Shown here piece after piece: positions 25,101 through 36,595 of a stretch of 64,000 nucleotides of DNA. Each line of letters starts with the position of its first letter. The stretch's first letter is position 1. Source of the DNA: Haliotis rubra. Taxonomy: Eukaryota. Where the stretch lies: the NCBI RefSeq assembly GCF_003918875.1, contig NW_025765203.1, positions 1,302,001 through 1,366,000 of the forward strand. The letters are read 5' to 3'. The position numbers and the translations under genes are program-made. Under the pieces are notes generated by a model. That model searched no databases. It was given only the letters and a program-made list of their open reading frames with translations, and was not told the origin of the DNA.

Positions 25101-28100
25101 AGCAAGAAAAAGGAAGGCTTCTGATGCTGAGGATTCTAGTGAAAATGGGCCCAAGAGGGGCGGGCGGCGCCGAAAGCGCCCCCCATCTTCTGATTCATTT
25201 AGTGATGACCTGTCAGAGTCTTCTGAAGACCTGGTGTTCGGGCCATCAGGTGAAGATGAGTTTCAGCAGGAGGAGCTTAACACTGATGACGAAGACTTCC
25301 TAACTCCCAAGGGCAGGAACTATCAGAGACAGATTGCCCGAGCAGGTATGCGAAGTAAAATAGTTTATGTTTAGACAGTGACACTTTTATAGATACCACA
25401 AACAGCCCTGAAGTTGAAGAAGGTCATCATGATATAGATGATTCTAATGTTGAAGGCTTTGGTAATAATGAGGGGGATTCAGTGAACCGGAAAGGAGGAA
25501 GAGGCATGAAAAGAACAGCTATCAAGGCACAAAGGAGCCTACTTAAAAAATAAAGTGTATTTACACACTGATAACACTTGTGTTGTGTGACGATCATTAA
25601 GATATATGTTTTTCTCTATTATCATGATTATTGTTCTGATAAGGTGTTTTATGATATGATGATTGGTCAGTTCAGAGTCTGTATGAAGACGAAGAGCTGT
25701 GAATATGTTAATCACAGTTCAGTGAAACTCCTGAGCAGTCTTGATAAAGACAAGGTCTCTCATGTGAAGATGGAGTGTTAAGCAAACTTAAGTCAGTGTC
25801 ATGGTTTCTAAATTCTTGCTATATGAAGCAGTATCAGATTCCTGTAACTCGAAAATGGACATGAATGAGCAGTTTTGCATGTAACATCCTTTTTTGTGAT
25901 TGGTTTCATTACTAAAGGGGCCTACAAATTTACTCCCAGTTAATAGAATATTTCCTTCTTTAACTTGATTAGATGATCACCAAACATATGTCTGAAGTCA
26001 CATTCTTCTTCACCTAGAGATATTGCCCTTGTGAAGTAAAATATTCACTTACACACACACTCATCTTAAGAGTTTTATAGTCACATCGGCAGTATTTTGT
26101 CATTGGGACCACATTCTATTTGAAAGAAGAACTGCCATGTTTATTCTGATAAAGCTAGAGTGAGGTGAGAATGCCACCCACTTACAGCATGTATTGATTG
26201 TTTCCAGAGAAAGACAACTTCCAGCCCGGTGCAGATGATACTCCATGCACAAAGTGCAAAAGATATGACCATCCTGAATGGGTAAGTGGAATTTCGGATG
26301 CATTGGTTAATCCATGCTTTGTGGTATTGTTTTATGGACTTCTGGCAGATTCCCTGTCCTGATTTGCAGGCCCAATATTTTGCAGATATTTGTGATTAGA
26401 ACTATATAGAGGCTCTTGTCCCTTTTTTCCAGATTCTGCTCTGTGATAAGTGTGACAGTGGGTACCACACTGCCTGTCTCCGACCACCGATCATGATCAT
26501 TCCGGATGGAGACTGGTACTGTCCACCTTGTCAACATGTAAGTCACTCCAACAACTGCTTCTTGTTTTTGAAAGAGTCTACAAAACAGTTTGGATTCAGA
26601 AAGTTTGATTTTCATCTTAATATTGCAATAAGATTAATGCATGTTGGAAAGGGCATCAACATTTTAAGACTCTTTCAGTTTGACCAACAAAATCCTCAAA
26701 CAAAATTGCCGCCCAAAATGACGTTAAATGGTTTTGTCCATTTTTTCATTTGGAAATATTTGTTTGGAGTATTTCTGTTTGAGATCCACCCATCCCTATC
26801 CGTATCCATATCCCCATCCCCATCCCTTCCCCATCCACATCCCCACCCTACCCCCACCTACATCCCCACCCCATCCACATCCTCATGCAGATCCCGATCC
26901 CCATCCTCATCCTCATCCACATCCCCACCCATCCATTTCCACATTCACATCCACATCTTCATCATCCACATCCCCACCCATCCATTTCCACATTCACATC
27001 CTCATCCACATCATCATCCCCAACCACATCCACATCCTCATCCCCAACCACCATCCTCATCCACATCCACATCCCAAACCACATCCACCTCCACATCCCC
27101 AACCACATCCCCATCCCATCAACATCTCCACCCCCATCCAGGGGCGGTGGGGTAGCCTAGTGGTTAAAGCGTTGTCTCGTCACGCCGAAGACCCGGGTTC
27201 GATTCCCCACATGGGCACAATGTGTTAAGCCCATTTCTGGTGTCCCCAGCCGTGATATTGCTGGAATATTGCTAAAAGCGGCGTAAAACTAAACTCAGTC
27301 AGTCAGTCAGTCCACCCCCATCCCACTCTGTTCTAAACTTGATGCCAGTAGCCTGAACCTCTCTGCCACAATCTCTTTACTCAATCCCTACATATGGACA
27401 TTTAATAATATGAATGCAGGAGGCATGAAATGTACTGTAATAATGTATATCCCTGTTCCTTGTCAACATGTGTTTTTATGTGATCATGCTAAATTATGAA
27501 ATGTTTTTGTAACAGGTCATGCTGGTGCAGGTTCTACAAGAAAATCTTCTCAACCTAGATGTCTCTTTAAAAAAGAGGGAGCGGTTAGTCAGGAGGTAGG
27601 ATGTTTGGATTTTAAGCATCCAGTTTCATATAATCCTTGAACTTAGAGGTGTCCATAGTACCACCAAACCAATCCAAATGGTCTTGTGTTTGAATCCTAA
27701 GCTCGCATTTATTAAGATTTCCCGGTGCCATACATACCCATGCACCATGATAAGGATTCTGGGATATGACTCAAATACTTCATAAAACAATGTTAAACAG
27801 AATTTAATTGAAGGTTTTCAGAGAGCAATAATCAACATTGAATAAATTCCTGTGACATGCAAATACCTGTCATTATTTACACTGTGCAGTGTATATATAG
27901 TGTTACGTGCTGTTTACTTTTCAGAAAAGAACGTCTAGCCTTTGTAGGTATCAGCCTGGATAACATTCTAAAAGAGGTATGTATTCATTCAATGTGATTA
28001 TGTTTTGAATCTTGTGTATGCTTTTTGAGGATCTACTGGCTGATCACAGAAGAAAGTGCAGAGTTGCTTCCCTTTAGTGATCTTTTCTTGTAATAAGTGT

Positions 28101-31100
28101 TAAAAATCAGGTGAAGTGTTTAATTCAGACAAAGTAAGGTCTTTGCACAAATTGAGGATCTTCATCATGTTATGTGATGTGTAATTAATTCCAATCACCT
28201 GGACAGGACAAGAAGAGCAACATCCAGCTGCACAAGGAACGAGAGGAGAGGATGATAGCGATAATGACGAAGCGAATCATGAAGGAGGAGAGGGAAGTCC
28301 CTGATGAAGTGTACTCCAAGAGGTCCTGCCGATCTCGCCAGTCCATGAGCTACAGGTTCACCGAGTATGACAATCTCATCAACAGTGCTATTGGGGATGA
28401 CATCAAGGAGGAATCGTATGAAGATGACAGTTACTCAGGTAATGTACCCAGTTATCCTTCCATCAAAAACAAACAGTAAAACATCTGAAACTATTCTAGC
28501 TATACTTGTCACAGCCAATTGCAAGAGACTGTTATAGTTGCTGAAGCTTTGAATTTTTCATTTTTTACCTTGGTAAGGACAAGCAACTTTATCATTGCTA
28601 GAAATTCAGTCTCTTGTGGCAAAATTTGAAGATTCAGCAGCAGAATTTATGTATATTGGCCTCAGAGGTTGCTCATACTTTGAAGAACTGGTTACTCTTC
28701 AAGCCTCAATTCTTTCCAGCTGTGAGATGTAACATTGAATGCACATATTGTACTTAAGGCTTGCAGAATGTTAGTGACAATATTGATGATTTCTTTACTT
28801 ACACACAACACTGCTCTGATATGTACTGTGTGAAGACTGGTGAATGTAGGGATTTAGATTTTGGAGATGAATATGATGTTGATAGTATTGAAACGTGAAG
28901 ACTGTCATTAACTAAGCCTTTACCTGTACAGATGAAAGTGTCGGAGGGGGAGGCCGAGGTGGCAAGGACATGTCCAACATCACCGGTCGTCCTCCGCCTG
29001 TTGTCAACCGGGAAAAGAAAAGCCAGAAGGCCCGTCGGAGGCGCCGTCTCACTCAGCTGGACAGCGATGAAGAAGGGGATGAGAGTGATGAATACCAGGC
29101 TTCCAAGTTAGTAGCCTATGAGTTGTTAACAGTGATTTAACTGAAGGAATTGGAAGGTGGAATTGTGCTTCCAGTATTACTTGTATGAACCTGTACCGAT
29201 TTCAGGTTAGACCCATACTTATGCTGGTTGACACAGAAGATTTAATGGTCAAAAATTAGTTATGGTACTTTGATAATGTAGATCAATGCTCATATTAGGA
29301 GTATCATGTATATTTCTGTTCAAAATTAAATTAGATTCCTTCATGCAGCAGATTGTTCTATAAATTAGTTGCTTATTTCTTTATAAATTTGCAATAAAAC
29401 ACTTTGAAAAGCTGTGCCAAAGTCAGGCCAGATACTGTCATTAAACACAATCAGTGCAACAAATGGATTAGGTCAAGACATGGTTGAATATATATTGCAA
29501 GGAAAGGTTTTTACCCTTTCTGAGGGAAAGGTAACTTGACTTAGGATAACTCAAGCTTGTTTAGGTTAATTCAAGATTGTTAGCTTGAGAACCTGTGACG
29601 ATACAGGTTAGAATTGATCTTCACTAACCCATGCTTGTCGTAAGAGGCGACTAACGGGATCGGTTGGTTAGACTCGCTGGCTTGGTTGACACATGCCATC
29701 GGTTCCCAATTGCGTAGATCAGTGCTCATGCTGTTGATCACTGGATTGTCTGGTCCAGACTGGATTATTTACAGACCGCTTCCATGTAGCTGGAATGTTG
29801 CTGAGTGCGGCATAAAACTAAACTCTCACTCACTCGAGAACACACCTTAAAGAGAATCCACCTTTTGGAGTAAATGAAAAGTGGGCAATAATAAGACTTT
29901 GTTCATTGTTTTAATCCCAATATATATCCTACATCTCCATAAGAAGATTCTCTCTGGTTATACAGCCTGTATATATAGCCCGACCATATTTGTATTTCAG
30001 AGACTCTGCATCAGAAATGAGTTATGAGGAACCAGTAAGTGAGGTTGATTCCGAGGCGTCAGACTGGCAGCCACGCACAGGCCGTTTTGGTGTCAGGCAT
30101 ACCAGAGTACGCACCTCACGTGGAATCAGGAGGAAGTGGTCACGCTTTGATGATGATTTTGGTAAGAAGTTTCTATGTTTGTTTGGGACACCAAATCAAT
30201 GATCACAGGTAGGGATAACTCTTTCAGAATACAAGTGATAGTTTGTCATTGAGAAGGAAAGTTATTTTCAGTGTTTACTTCAGTTGTAAGAAGTGATCCC
30301 AAACAAATTGAGAATAGTATGGTCTGACTCATAATGGCAGTCACTGATCTGTCTAGCAGGTGTTCACTTATTTACAGGCTACTTTCATGGAATGTTTATC
30401 ACTCGGGTTGTGCAGAGTTATGTCCCTTCGGCATGATCTAAACCTACGATCATGGGTTCAAATCCTGGTTCACCCTGATTGTGTCTCATGATTTGTTAAC
30501 CCCATATGGATGCTGCTAGGTTTGACCAGTGAATGTCTAAGGACTGTCACTAGAGACTTTCCTCCTACATCAATCTGAGATGCTGCAGTTTAACTATATA
30601 CCATTCAAAGCAGCATTAAACAAACAGACTTTTGATAATACAAAAACTGAAATTAATCAAAATATTTCAGAGTAATAATCTTATGTAATTTAACTTTCAG
30701 TGGTTGATGATGACTACGATAGTGATGACAGTGCCAGTAACCGGAGGTCAACACGAGCCTCTTCAAAACGACGGGTCAACTATCAGGAATTCAATTCTGA
30801 TGAATCGGAAGCGGTAGAATCTCCAAACTCAGAATCTGATGACGATGTATCTGACAGAGATTTGTGTTCAGATGATTCTGATAGGAAGTCTAGAAAACCT
30901 GTGCGTCGTCGTGATCAGATCAGATGATAGCGCGAAGAAGAAGAAGAAAAGCAAAGAAAGAAAAAACACAGACAGTTGAGAAGAAGAAAATGAAGAAGAA
31001 GCGCCCAAAAATCAAAGACCGAAGTTCTGAATCAGAGAAAGATGTTTCAGATAGTGGAAAGAGCCAAGAGAGCGAGGAGGAAGAAGAAGAGGAGACAGAG

Positions 31101-32861
31101 AATGAAAAGAGTGAGGAAGAGTCATCAGAGGAAGAGAAAAAGAAGTCACAGCGACGACCACAAAGAAAGGCGTCGAACGTTGATTTCAAAAGTTTCCTCG
31201 CATCAGAGTCTGAAAGTGATGCAGAAAAAGAAAAAACAGTTGTTGTGAATACTAAGCGAAAGGTTCGTGGAGGGAAGAATATGGAGAATATTCTGAAAGC
31301 AGGTAGAGAGGATAGCTGTGATTTCTCCTCTTACTCTAAACCAGATGGTGAGTCTGATGATAGAACTGATGATGGTGAAAGGACTAATGATGGGGAAAGT
31401 AGTGGTAGAAAGTCCGACCAGGAAAAGATTGACACAGTGTCGGAAGCCTCCAAAGATTCTCAAAGTGCACTGGAGGTGAATGGACATGACCACCCTGCTG
31501 GGGATGGTAAACCAAATAAAGATGTACCCCCACCAGGATTCTCAAATGAAGGGGAAAAGTTTAGGTCTCATGGTAGTGAACCGTTTCCTCACCAGGGTCC
31601 CCGAAACTTTCAGTATCCGTATGGTGCTCATCAGAAACAGTATATGCATCCTCAGTATGGTCCAATGTCTCAAGGTCTTCCTCCCCACTCACAAATGAGT
31701 TCCCCACCCCATGGGTCCCCTCATCACCCGCAGGGGACGCCGCCCCACCCCCAGGGCACCCCTCCACACGGGACGTCCCCTCATCATCCTTCCAGTGCAT
31801 CTCCCCACCATCCACCCTCTTTATCTCCACACCATGCTCCTATTGCTTCTCCTCATCAACCTCATGGCACCCCACCTCATCCTCATGGAATGCCTCAGCA
31901 CAAGATGGGACCACCACCTGTTCCACAAGGTCAGCCATACCCCCAGGGGCCACCCCTTCCCCACCACATGGGACCCCCAGTTCCTGGCATGCCATTTCGG
32001 CCACCTCACCCAGGGTACCAACAAGGCCCACCCCATCATGGTGGACCACCTCCCCACTCTCATCCACCTGGAGGACCACCTCCCCATTCCCATCCACCTG
32101 GAGGACCACCTTCCCACTCTCATCCACCGGGAGGACCACCTCCCCACTCTCACCCAGCAGGAGGACCACCTCCCCACTCTCATCCAGCAGGAGGACCACC
32201 TCCCCACTCCCACCCAGCAGGAGGACCACCTCCCCACCCTCATCCCACAGGGGGGCCACAGTCCCACCCTCATCCTGCAGGAGGACCATCACCCCACCCC
32301 CATCCTGGGGGAGGACCACCACGTCCACACCAGTCAGGGGGACCAATTCCATCCCATCCAGGGCCACCACACCCCAGAGGTATGCACCCTCATCCAGGAC
32401 CACCAATTCCACATGGCCCACAAAAAACATCACGGCCCACCTCACCCTCATGGTCCACCCCCAAGAGGTATTCCTACTTATGGCCCTTACCCCCATTATG
32501 GAGGCCCCCCTGGGTCCTTCCCACCAAATCAACCCCCTCCAGTGAGACAACACCTTCCACCCACCTCCCAGAGTAACGCCGGTCCACAGGTACCCCATCC
32601 ACCACCTTCATCAACTTCGTCTAGTGGCAGTAGTGGTTTCATGATGGACAATCTGCTACGAGACAATCGCCAGTACCCTGAAGAGAGACAGTACCCAGAG
32701 GAACAGCCTGCTCGCTTTCCTGAGGAACGCGATACGAAGAGGAACGTCATTTCTCAGAAGAGGAAGAACAACAGCAAGGAGGCGAGGAAGATGATCTTGA
32801 AGATGTGTCCGATATTGTGCACTACGTTATGAATGATGAATACTTCAAACAACATACATAG
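7200..32861 (+). CDS. RSF1: Remodeling and spacing factor 1 (ISWI partner; N-terminal DDT/WHIM region, acidic region, PHD finger, Pro/His-rich C-terminus), 16 coding exons
   Basis: Phase-consistent GT-AG exons: 7200-7344, 11158-11252, 12119-12211, 12666-12794, 19484-19560, 20499-20572, 21499-24371, 25015-25345, 26208-26281, 26433-26537, 27516-27595, 27925-27976, 28207-28438, 28932-29106, 30001-30161, 30701-32861. RSF1-like motifs: [105 protein letters not shown], and C-terminal [15 protein letters not shown]. About 8 frameshifts occur in the two large low-complexity exons. Confidence 0.95.
8983..10666. mobile_element. Unclassified non-autonomous TIR DNA element in RSF1 intron 1 (host of a nested hAT MITE)
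   Basis: Left CAGTAGAGGACGTAACGTGTACGCAAGATG vs reverse complement of right end CAGTCAGAGACATAACGTGTACACGAGACG. The interior is richer in CpG than the flanking intron. No clear TSD. Confidence 0.6.
10177..10621. mobile_element. hAT-type MITE with 8-bp TSD
   Basis: Ends TAGGGCTGTAA / TTACAGCCTTA. Perfect 8-bp TSD GTGTACAC at 10169-10176 and 10622-10629, with subterminal CGAATA repeats. Confidence 0.85.
11927..12093 (+). mobile_element. tRNA-derived SINE family B
   Basis: A box TAGCCTAATGG, B box GGTTCGATTCC, body GAAGCCCATTTCTGGTGTCCCC, (ACTC)n tail. Confidence 0.88.
12893..13263 (+). mobile_element. SINE-like family A copy with internal ~111-bp triplication
   Basis: Unit GACAGGGTGGTCAGTCTCACTGAG...CAGACTCGATTAT begins at 12916, 13026 and 13137. 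Confidence 0.85.
13653..15182 (+). pseudogene. DIRS gag-like ORF1 (fragmented)
   Basis: Begins [33 protein letters not shown] (DIRS gag-type Cys/His finger), followed by Ser/Arg-rich low-complexity ORF pieces broken by stops and frameshifts. Confidence 0.65.
16370..17450 (+). pseudogene. DIRS RT C-terminus / RNase H / N6-adenine methyltransferase region (frameshifted)
   Basis: [13 protein letters not shown] (RT end). [31 protein letters not shown] and [13 protein letters not shown] (RNase H). [23 protein letters not shown] and AWFPDL (MT domain). Confidence 0.88.
17546..18600 (+). pseudogene. DIRS tyrosine recombinase (frameshifted at both ends)
   Basis: [55 protein letters not shown], and shifted-frame VFANHYLRD containing the catalytic Tyr. 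Confidence 0.9.
19081..19165. repeat. DIRS internal complementary region (ICR)
   Basis: The first half (TAAGCAAAAGATCATGAGTCAGGATAAGGAAAAATA) complements the start of the left ITR. The second half (TGTAATTTTTTAGTAAAATTGATATTTTATACTTATCCTGACTCATGAC) complements the right-end extension. Confidence 0.92.
19703..20045 (+). mobile_element. Two adjacent tRNA-derived SINE family B copies (19703-19874, 19881-20045)
   Basis: Both carry TAGTGGTTAAAGC..CGTCACGCTGAAGACCCGGGTTCGA heads and the shared tail. Confidence 0.88.
20657..20920 (+). mobile_element. Degenerate SINE family B copy interrupted by (CTCA)n microsatellite
   Basis: Head and body at 20657-20758, microsatellite, then CTGGAATATTGCTAAAGCGATGTAAACCC tail. 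Confidence 0.75.
26785..27140. repeat. (CCACAT/CCCCAT/CCTCAT)n hexanucleotide microsatellite in RSF1 intron 10
   Basis: Degenerate 6-bp periodicity. It explains the Pro/His ORFs at 26493-27228. Confidence 0.9.
27141..27312 (+). mobile_element. tRNA(Asp-like)-derived SINE family B, near-consensus copy
   Basis: GGGGCGGTGGGGTAGCCTAGTGGTTAAAGCG..CGTCACGCCGAAGACCCGGGTTCGATTCCCC head resembles tRNA-Asp anticodon/T arms. Tail is (CAGT)n. Confidence 0.9.
29591..29834 (+). mobile_element. SINE-like family A, full-length copy
   Basis: Same head and body as the other family A copies; here the tail is the ACTC type, as in family B. Confidence 0.88.
32040..32330 (+). repeat. Coding 30-bp tandem repeat ([12 protein letters not shown] x ~9) in RSF1 last exon
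   Basis: GGAGGACCACCTCCCCACTCTCATCCACCT-like units translated in the RSF1 frame. Confidence 0.9.
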
Positions 32862-33943
32862 CCATATAAGAAAGGACATGCTAGATTCTAATGACTAGAC
32901 TGTGGAGTGTTGGAACAAGTACAATCATTCTGTGAACTGGCTTTGTATCTGGTTCATATCCACTTTTAACAGGAAGCCACTGTACTCAAGACTGTGTTGA
33001 GAAGTCAATCAGCTTGAGTTGAATGTGTATTGAAATTTAATTTGAGACTGTCAAGTATATCTGGTCATGTTTTCAGTAGTCATTTAACAGGGTATCGGTC
33101 AACTTAGAAAACATTGTCAGTGGTCCAAAATGCATTGCTTGGTGACATATGTTTTTGCTTGATTTAGTTACCAAAACCCAGATGTAGAATAATGAAACCG
33201 TCTTTCTGTTACATCCAAAGCAATTAGTAGATCTCATTGTGAATATAGTGATATACCTCAGCTTCATCAAAGTAATGCACATGTACTACGGTATTCCTTC
33301 CTGTGTCATTACTGTCATTTTAACTTTCAGCCTGATATTCATGGAATTCCACCGGAACCGCTTAGTCCACGTTTTTGTCAAAGCACACTGACCCATGATT
33401 AAATATTCTTCTCAGATGTGAAATCTGTAACTATGGAAACAAGAAAACACTGCATACTCTTTTTCCTCAAAACTTAGTTATTTTACAGAACCCTGACTGT
33501 TATAATGAACACGCCTCGTGTTATATTGTTTATCTATTTATTGTTGTTTTAATGCAAAATATACATCAATGCTGTTGTTTATGCATCAGTTTGGTTTTGC
33601 AAATCCCATGGTATCCCATGGTATGATGATTCTTCAACAGTATGCAGTTGCTGCAACCAATTTTTATGTTTTATTGATTTTTTAGAACAAACTGTTTGTG
33701 TTTTTAGCCTTAAAATCTCTACTGGTTCTAATGCCAACAGTGGTTTTGTACAATATGTGTGCTCTTTTCCAAACTGTTTGGGTTTATTTTGTTCTGAATA
33801 ATATCATCATGCCAAAATAATTTTGAATCTACTTATGTGAAACCGCATGAAATTGTTTTGTTTCATTATGTAGTTTGGACCACAACTAGGCACATATCTG
33901 TGTTATCCATTGATGTATAGCTGAAACAGCAGGATCAATAATA

Positions 33944-34099
33944 TACTGAGGGAAAAAATAAGGGAACACCACTTCATGGCAGTGTTTATTTTTTCTCAGA
34001 TTTCTTCCCACAGCGCTATTCAAAGCTGGTGATGAAATCTGGAAAATATTAGAGGAGCGCTTGAATTTTCCTGTGTTCCTTTATTTGTTTCTCTCAGTA
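33944..34099. mobile_element. Tc1/mariner-type MITE
   Basis: TIRs TACTGAGGGAAAAAATAAGGGAACAC / GTGTTCCTTTATTTGTTTCTCTCAGTA with TA on the left. The terminal TACTGAG is shared with the Tc1 at 50840. Confidence 0.7.
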
Positions 34100-36489
34100 T
34101 TGACTCACTGCAGTTTATTTCCATTGAAATGATTTTTAGTGCACTTTTAAATTTACAGCATTTAGTGGGAGCACACATCACATCCGTGGACATTTCTAGT
34201 ACAAGCTGTAAAATCTGTCAAGTTAGGGATGCCACAGCCTATCTTGTCCATGTGACATTGTCACTTATCTGACACACGTCCTTGCCAAAATATACAAAAT
34301 CTGTCCTCTGTAGGACAGCATTTCATTCAGGATACCCTTCAACGCAACAGATTTTATCTTGCCAAGCCCTTTGACTTAAAGACCTGTTGTACCCAAAGAA
34401 AGAAATTTTGTACTTGTGCACTGAGTGAAAACAGAAGTGTTACAGTATTGGTCACCTGTCACCATGGGGAACACAAATGTGAGTTCATCTTGATACTAGC
34501 ATTTCCAGTTGCAGGAATAAAACTGTTAGGAGGTTATGTCTTGACCCTTGAATGTATTGTAATAACTGAAAGCAGAACCTGTGTTACAACACTAGTCATG
34601 AAGAGTTTCCATGCATTACCATATGGTCCTTCAAGGACTGTTCCACGTGTTCAGTGTCTCCACATGTCCAGTGTGTCACTGTTGCTTTAATCATCACGTT
34701 ACACAACCATTATCTGTAATACTGGCATGTTTAGCAAGCCTGATGCTGGAGAAGGAGAATAGCAGCAGTTCACCTCCGTGTATTATTGCTGATGTGAATT
34801 GTGTTACTTCTACTTTATTGGAGATGGCAGTAGGTGATTACATGGCTGCAGACTGCTGGGGTCAGTTTACTATGACCGAACTAAATGTGCATCTTCCAGA
34901 GTGATATCGATCCCTTCATGACTACACCATTGGTCCTTATCCCCATGTTTGTATAGTGACCCATTAGTTGGATTTGACCCAGACATATTCCAGTCATTCT
35001 GAAGCTATATGCTTGATTTGTGATTGAAATGACTAGGAAAAGGAGCCAATGTTCAGGTGGTGAAAAGTAATAAGTTATGAATTTTACTGAAATGGTCATG
35101 ATGACAATTTAACACTGCAAGAGGCAAGATTTCAAAGGGCATTTTCATTTTGGCTTCCATGTATCATATTCTTGTTTATTATACATTGGAGTATTTTTGT
35201 CTTGAATGTGTACAAAGCGGCATAATATTACTGGAAACTATTTTACAGTAAGATAGAACCATGAAGTATCATTTGTTTGACTGAGAACCTTTGTAAGTAC
35301 AGATCTGTTTGTCCAATGTGAAGAGGCCAGCTGCAATACATGTCAACCCTGTCCCACAAACCAATCTTAGCATTACGTCAGTCATGGCCTCTATACATTA
35401 ACATGGACAGATGGATGTCTAAGATGGTTTGTGTAATGGTGTGGTTGGGTAGGATGTTGACAGATTTGACTGCTGACTTCGCTCAGTCTGGATGTTCTTC
35501 ATCTTCGTCCATATTATTTCATCCACTGCTGATTGTTGATGTTTTGTACAAGGCTTTATCCACACTGTATCATGTACGTATTTGACACAAGAATGCTTCA
35601 AGTCTGTGTTAAATTTTAGTACTTACAATTCCTGTAAATGTAACTAGACCATGAAACGTTCCATCAACCATTCATCCAGAAATCACTTTGAAGTTTGAAT
35701 TCCTGTGGGGCTTTTTAAGACTGTGCAAGACGTGAGCAGAATTGTATTTCAAGCGTATTATAAAGTGGGCACTTCTTTTGTATGCTTACAATGACTGGTA
35801 TAATGATTTCCTTTGGGCTGGCAATGGTTACTGGCATTACTGTGACGAAATGGCTGAAGCTGGGCATTACATCGCAGCTGAGTTACTCCTATCAGTGTGA
35901 CTGTAGAGATATGTGTATAACCTGTCACTGTGGCTCATACACCTTTGATAATAAGTTGTTAAGTAAACTGGATGTTCCTAGTGTTAGGAGTGTAAGCATG
36001 TTTGCCACCAATTCCTGTGTAATACCTTGGAACCTGTCAGTTCCCAAGCACTCCAGAGCCAGGTGACCAGTTGGATCCTGTGGTCAAACTTGGTGATTCA
36101 GTTGATTGGGTCCATCATAACCAGTGGCCATAGATGTTGCTCAAAATAACAATCACAGGTTTGTATGGCCCACATTTAAGTACTCACAGGCTCTGATCTA
36201 CAATATCTTGGGAACTGAATTCAAAATTAAGCAAACTTGGTGTGGAAATTATTCTACCATGCGGAGTTGCCTCCCTCATTCATGCCAGGATCTGCTGTTT
36301 GTGATTTGATTATGATCCTGGATATGCCAGCACCATACCAACACTAAAGTTGTAAATGTCTATGACTGGTGTCACTATGGGCTGCTTTCTTCACAAATTA
36401 CCATGGCATACTGTGAATCCCTGCAGTGGAACTGAAATACTGTGAAAGATCCATGGATCCCAGCTACTTACCTCCAGACTATCTCCCAG

Positions 36490-36595
36490 GATCCACTTGC
36501 GCAAAGTACTCTTAGCTCTAAGGTAATAGTAACTGCCATACTTGAACGTAGGCTTATGATTGTCATAGAGCTAAGATCACATTCTTCAAGTGATC
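36490..36595. mobile_element. Degenerate palindromic Harbinger-type MITE (same family as 53307-53413)
   Basis: Aligns along its length to the 53307 element (..TAGCTCTA..GTAAC..CCATACTT.AAC.TAG.CTTA.GA.TGTC.TAGAGCTA.GATC..) and is flanked by CAG/CTG. Confidence 0.7.

Noticed and set aside
27141-27215. tRNA-Asp gene (and similar heads elsewhere)
   Set aside because: There is no acceptor stem, and the head is always followed by the same SINE body and tail, so these are SINE heads.
26538-27228. His/Pro-rich protein ORFs
   Set aside because: They are translations of an intronic hexamer microsatellite plus a SINE.
29591-29610. CCTG/CAGG as covariation support for an alternative hairpin
   Set aside because: Both changes are CpG deaminations in a methylated gene body, so they are not independent evidence.
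31821-32598. Antisense ORFs of 150-252 aa (also those at 21446-23764 and 62243-63962)
   Set aside because: They are shadows of low-complexity coding sequence on the opposite strand.
7200-32861. RSF1 pseudogene
   Set aside because: Lesions are confined to low-complexity large exons, and conserved exons have no stops. Sequencing error is more parsimonious.
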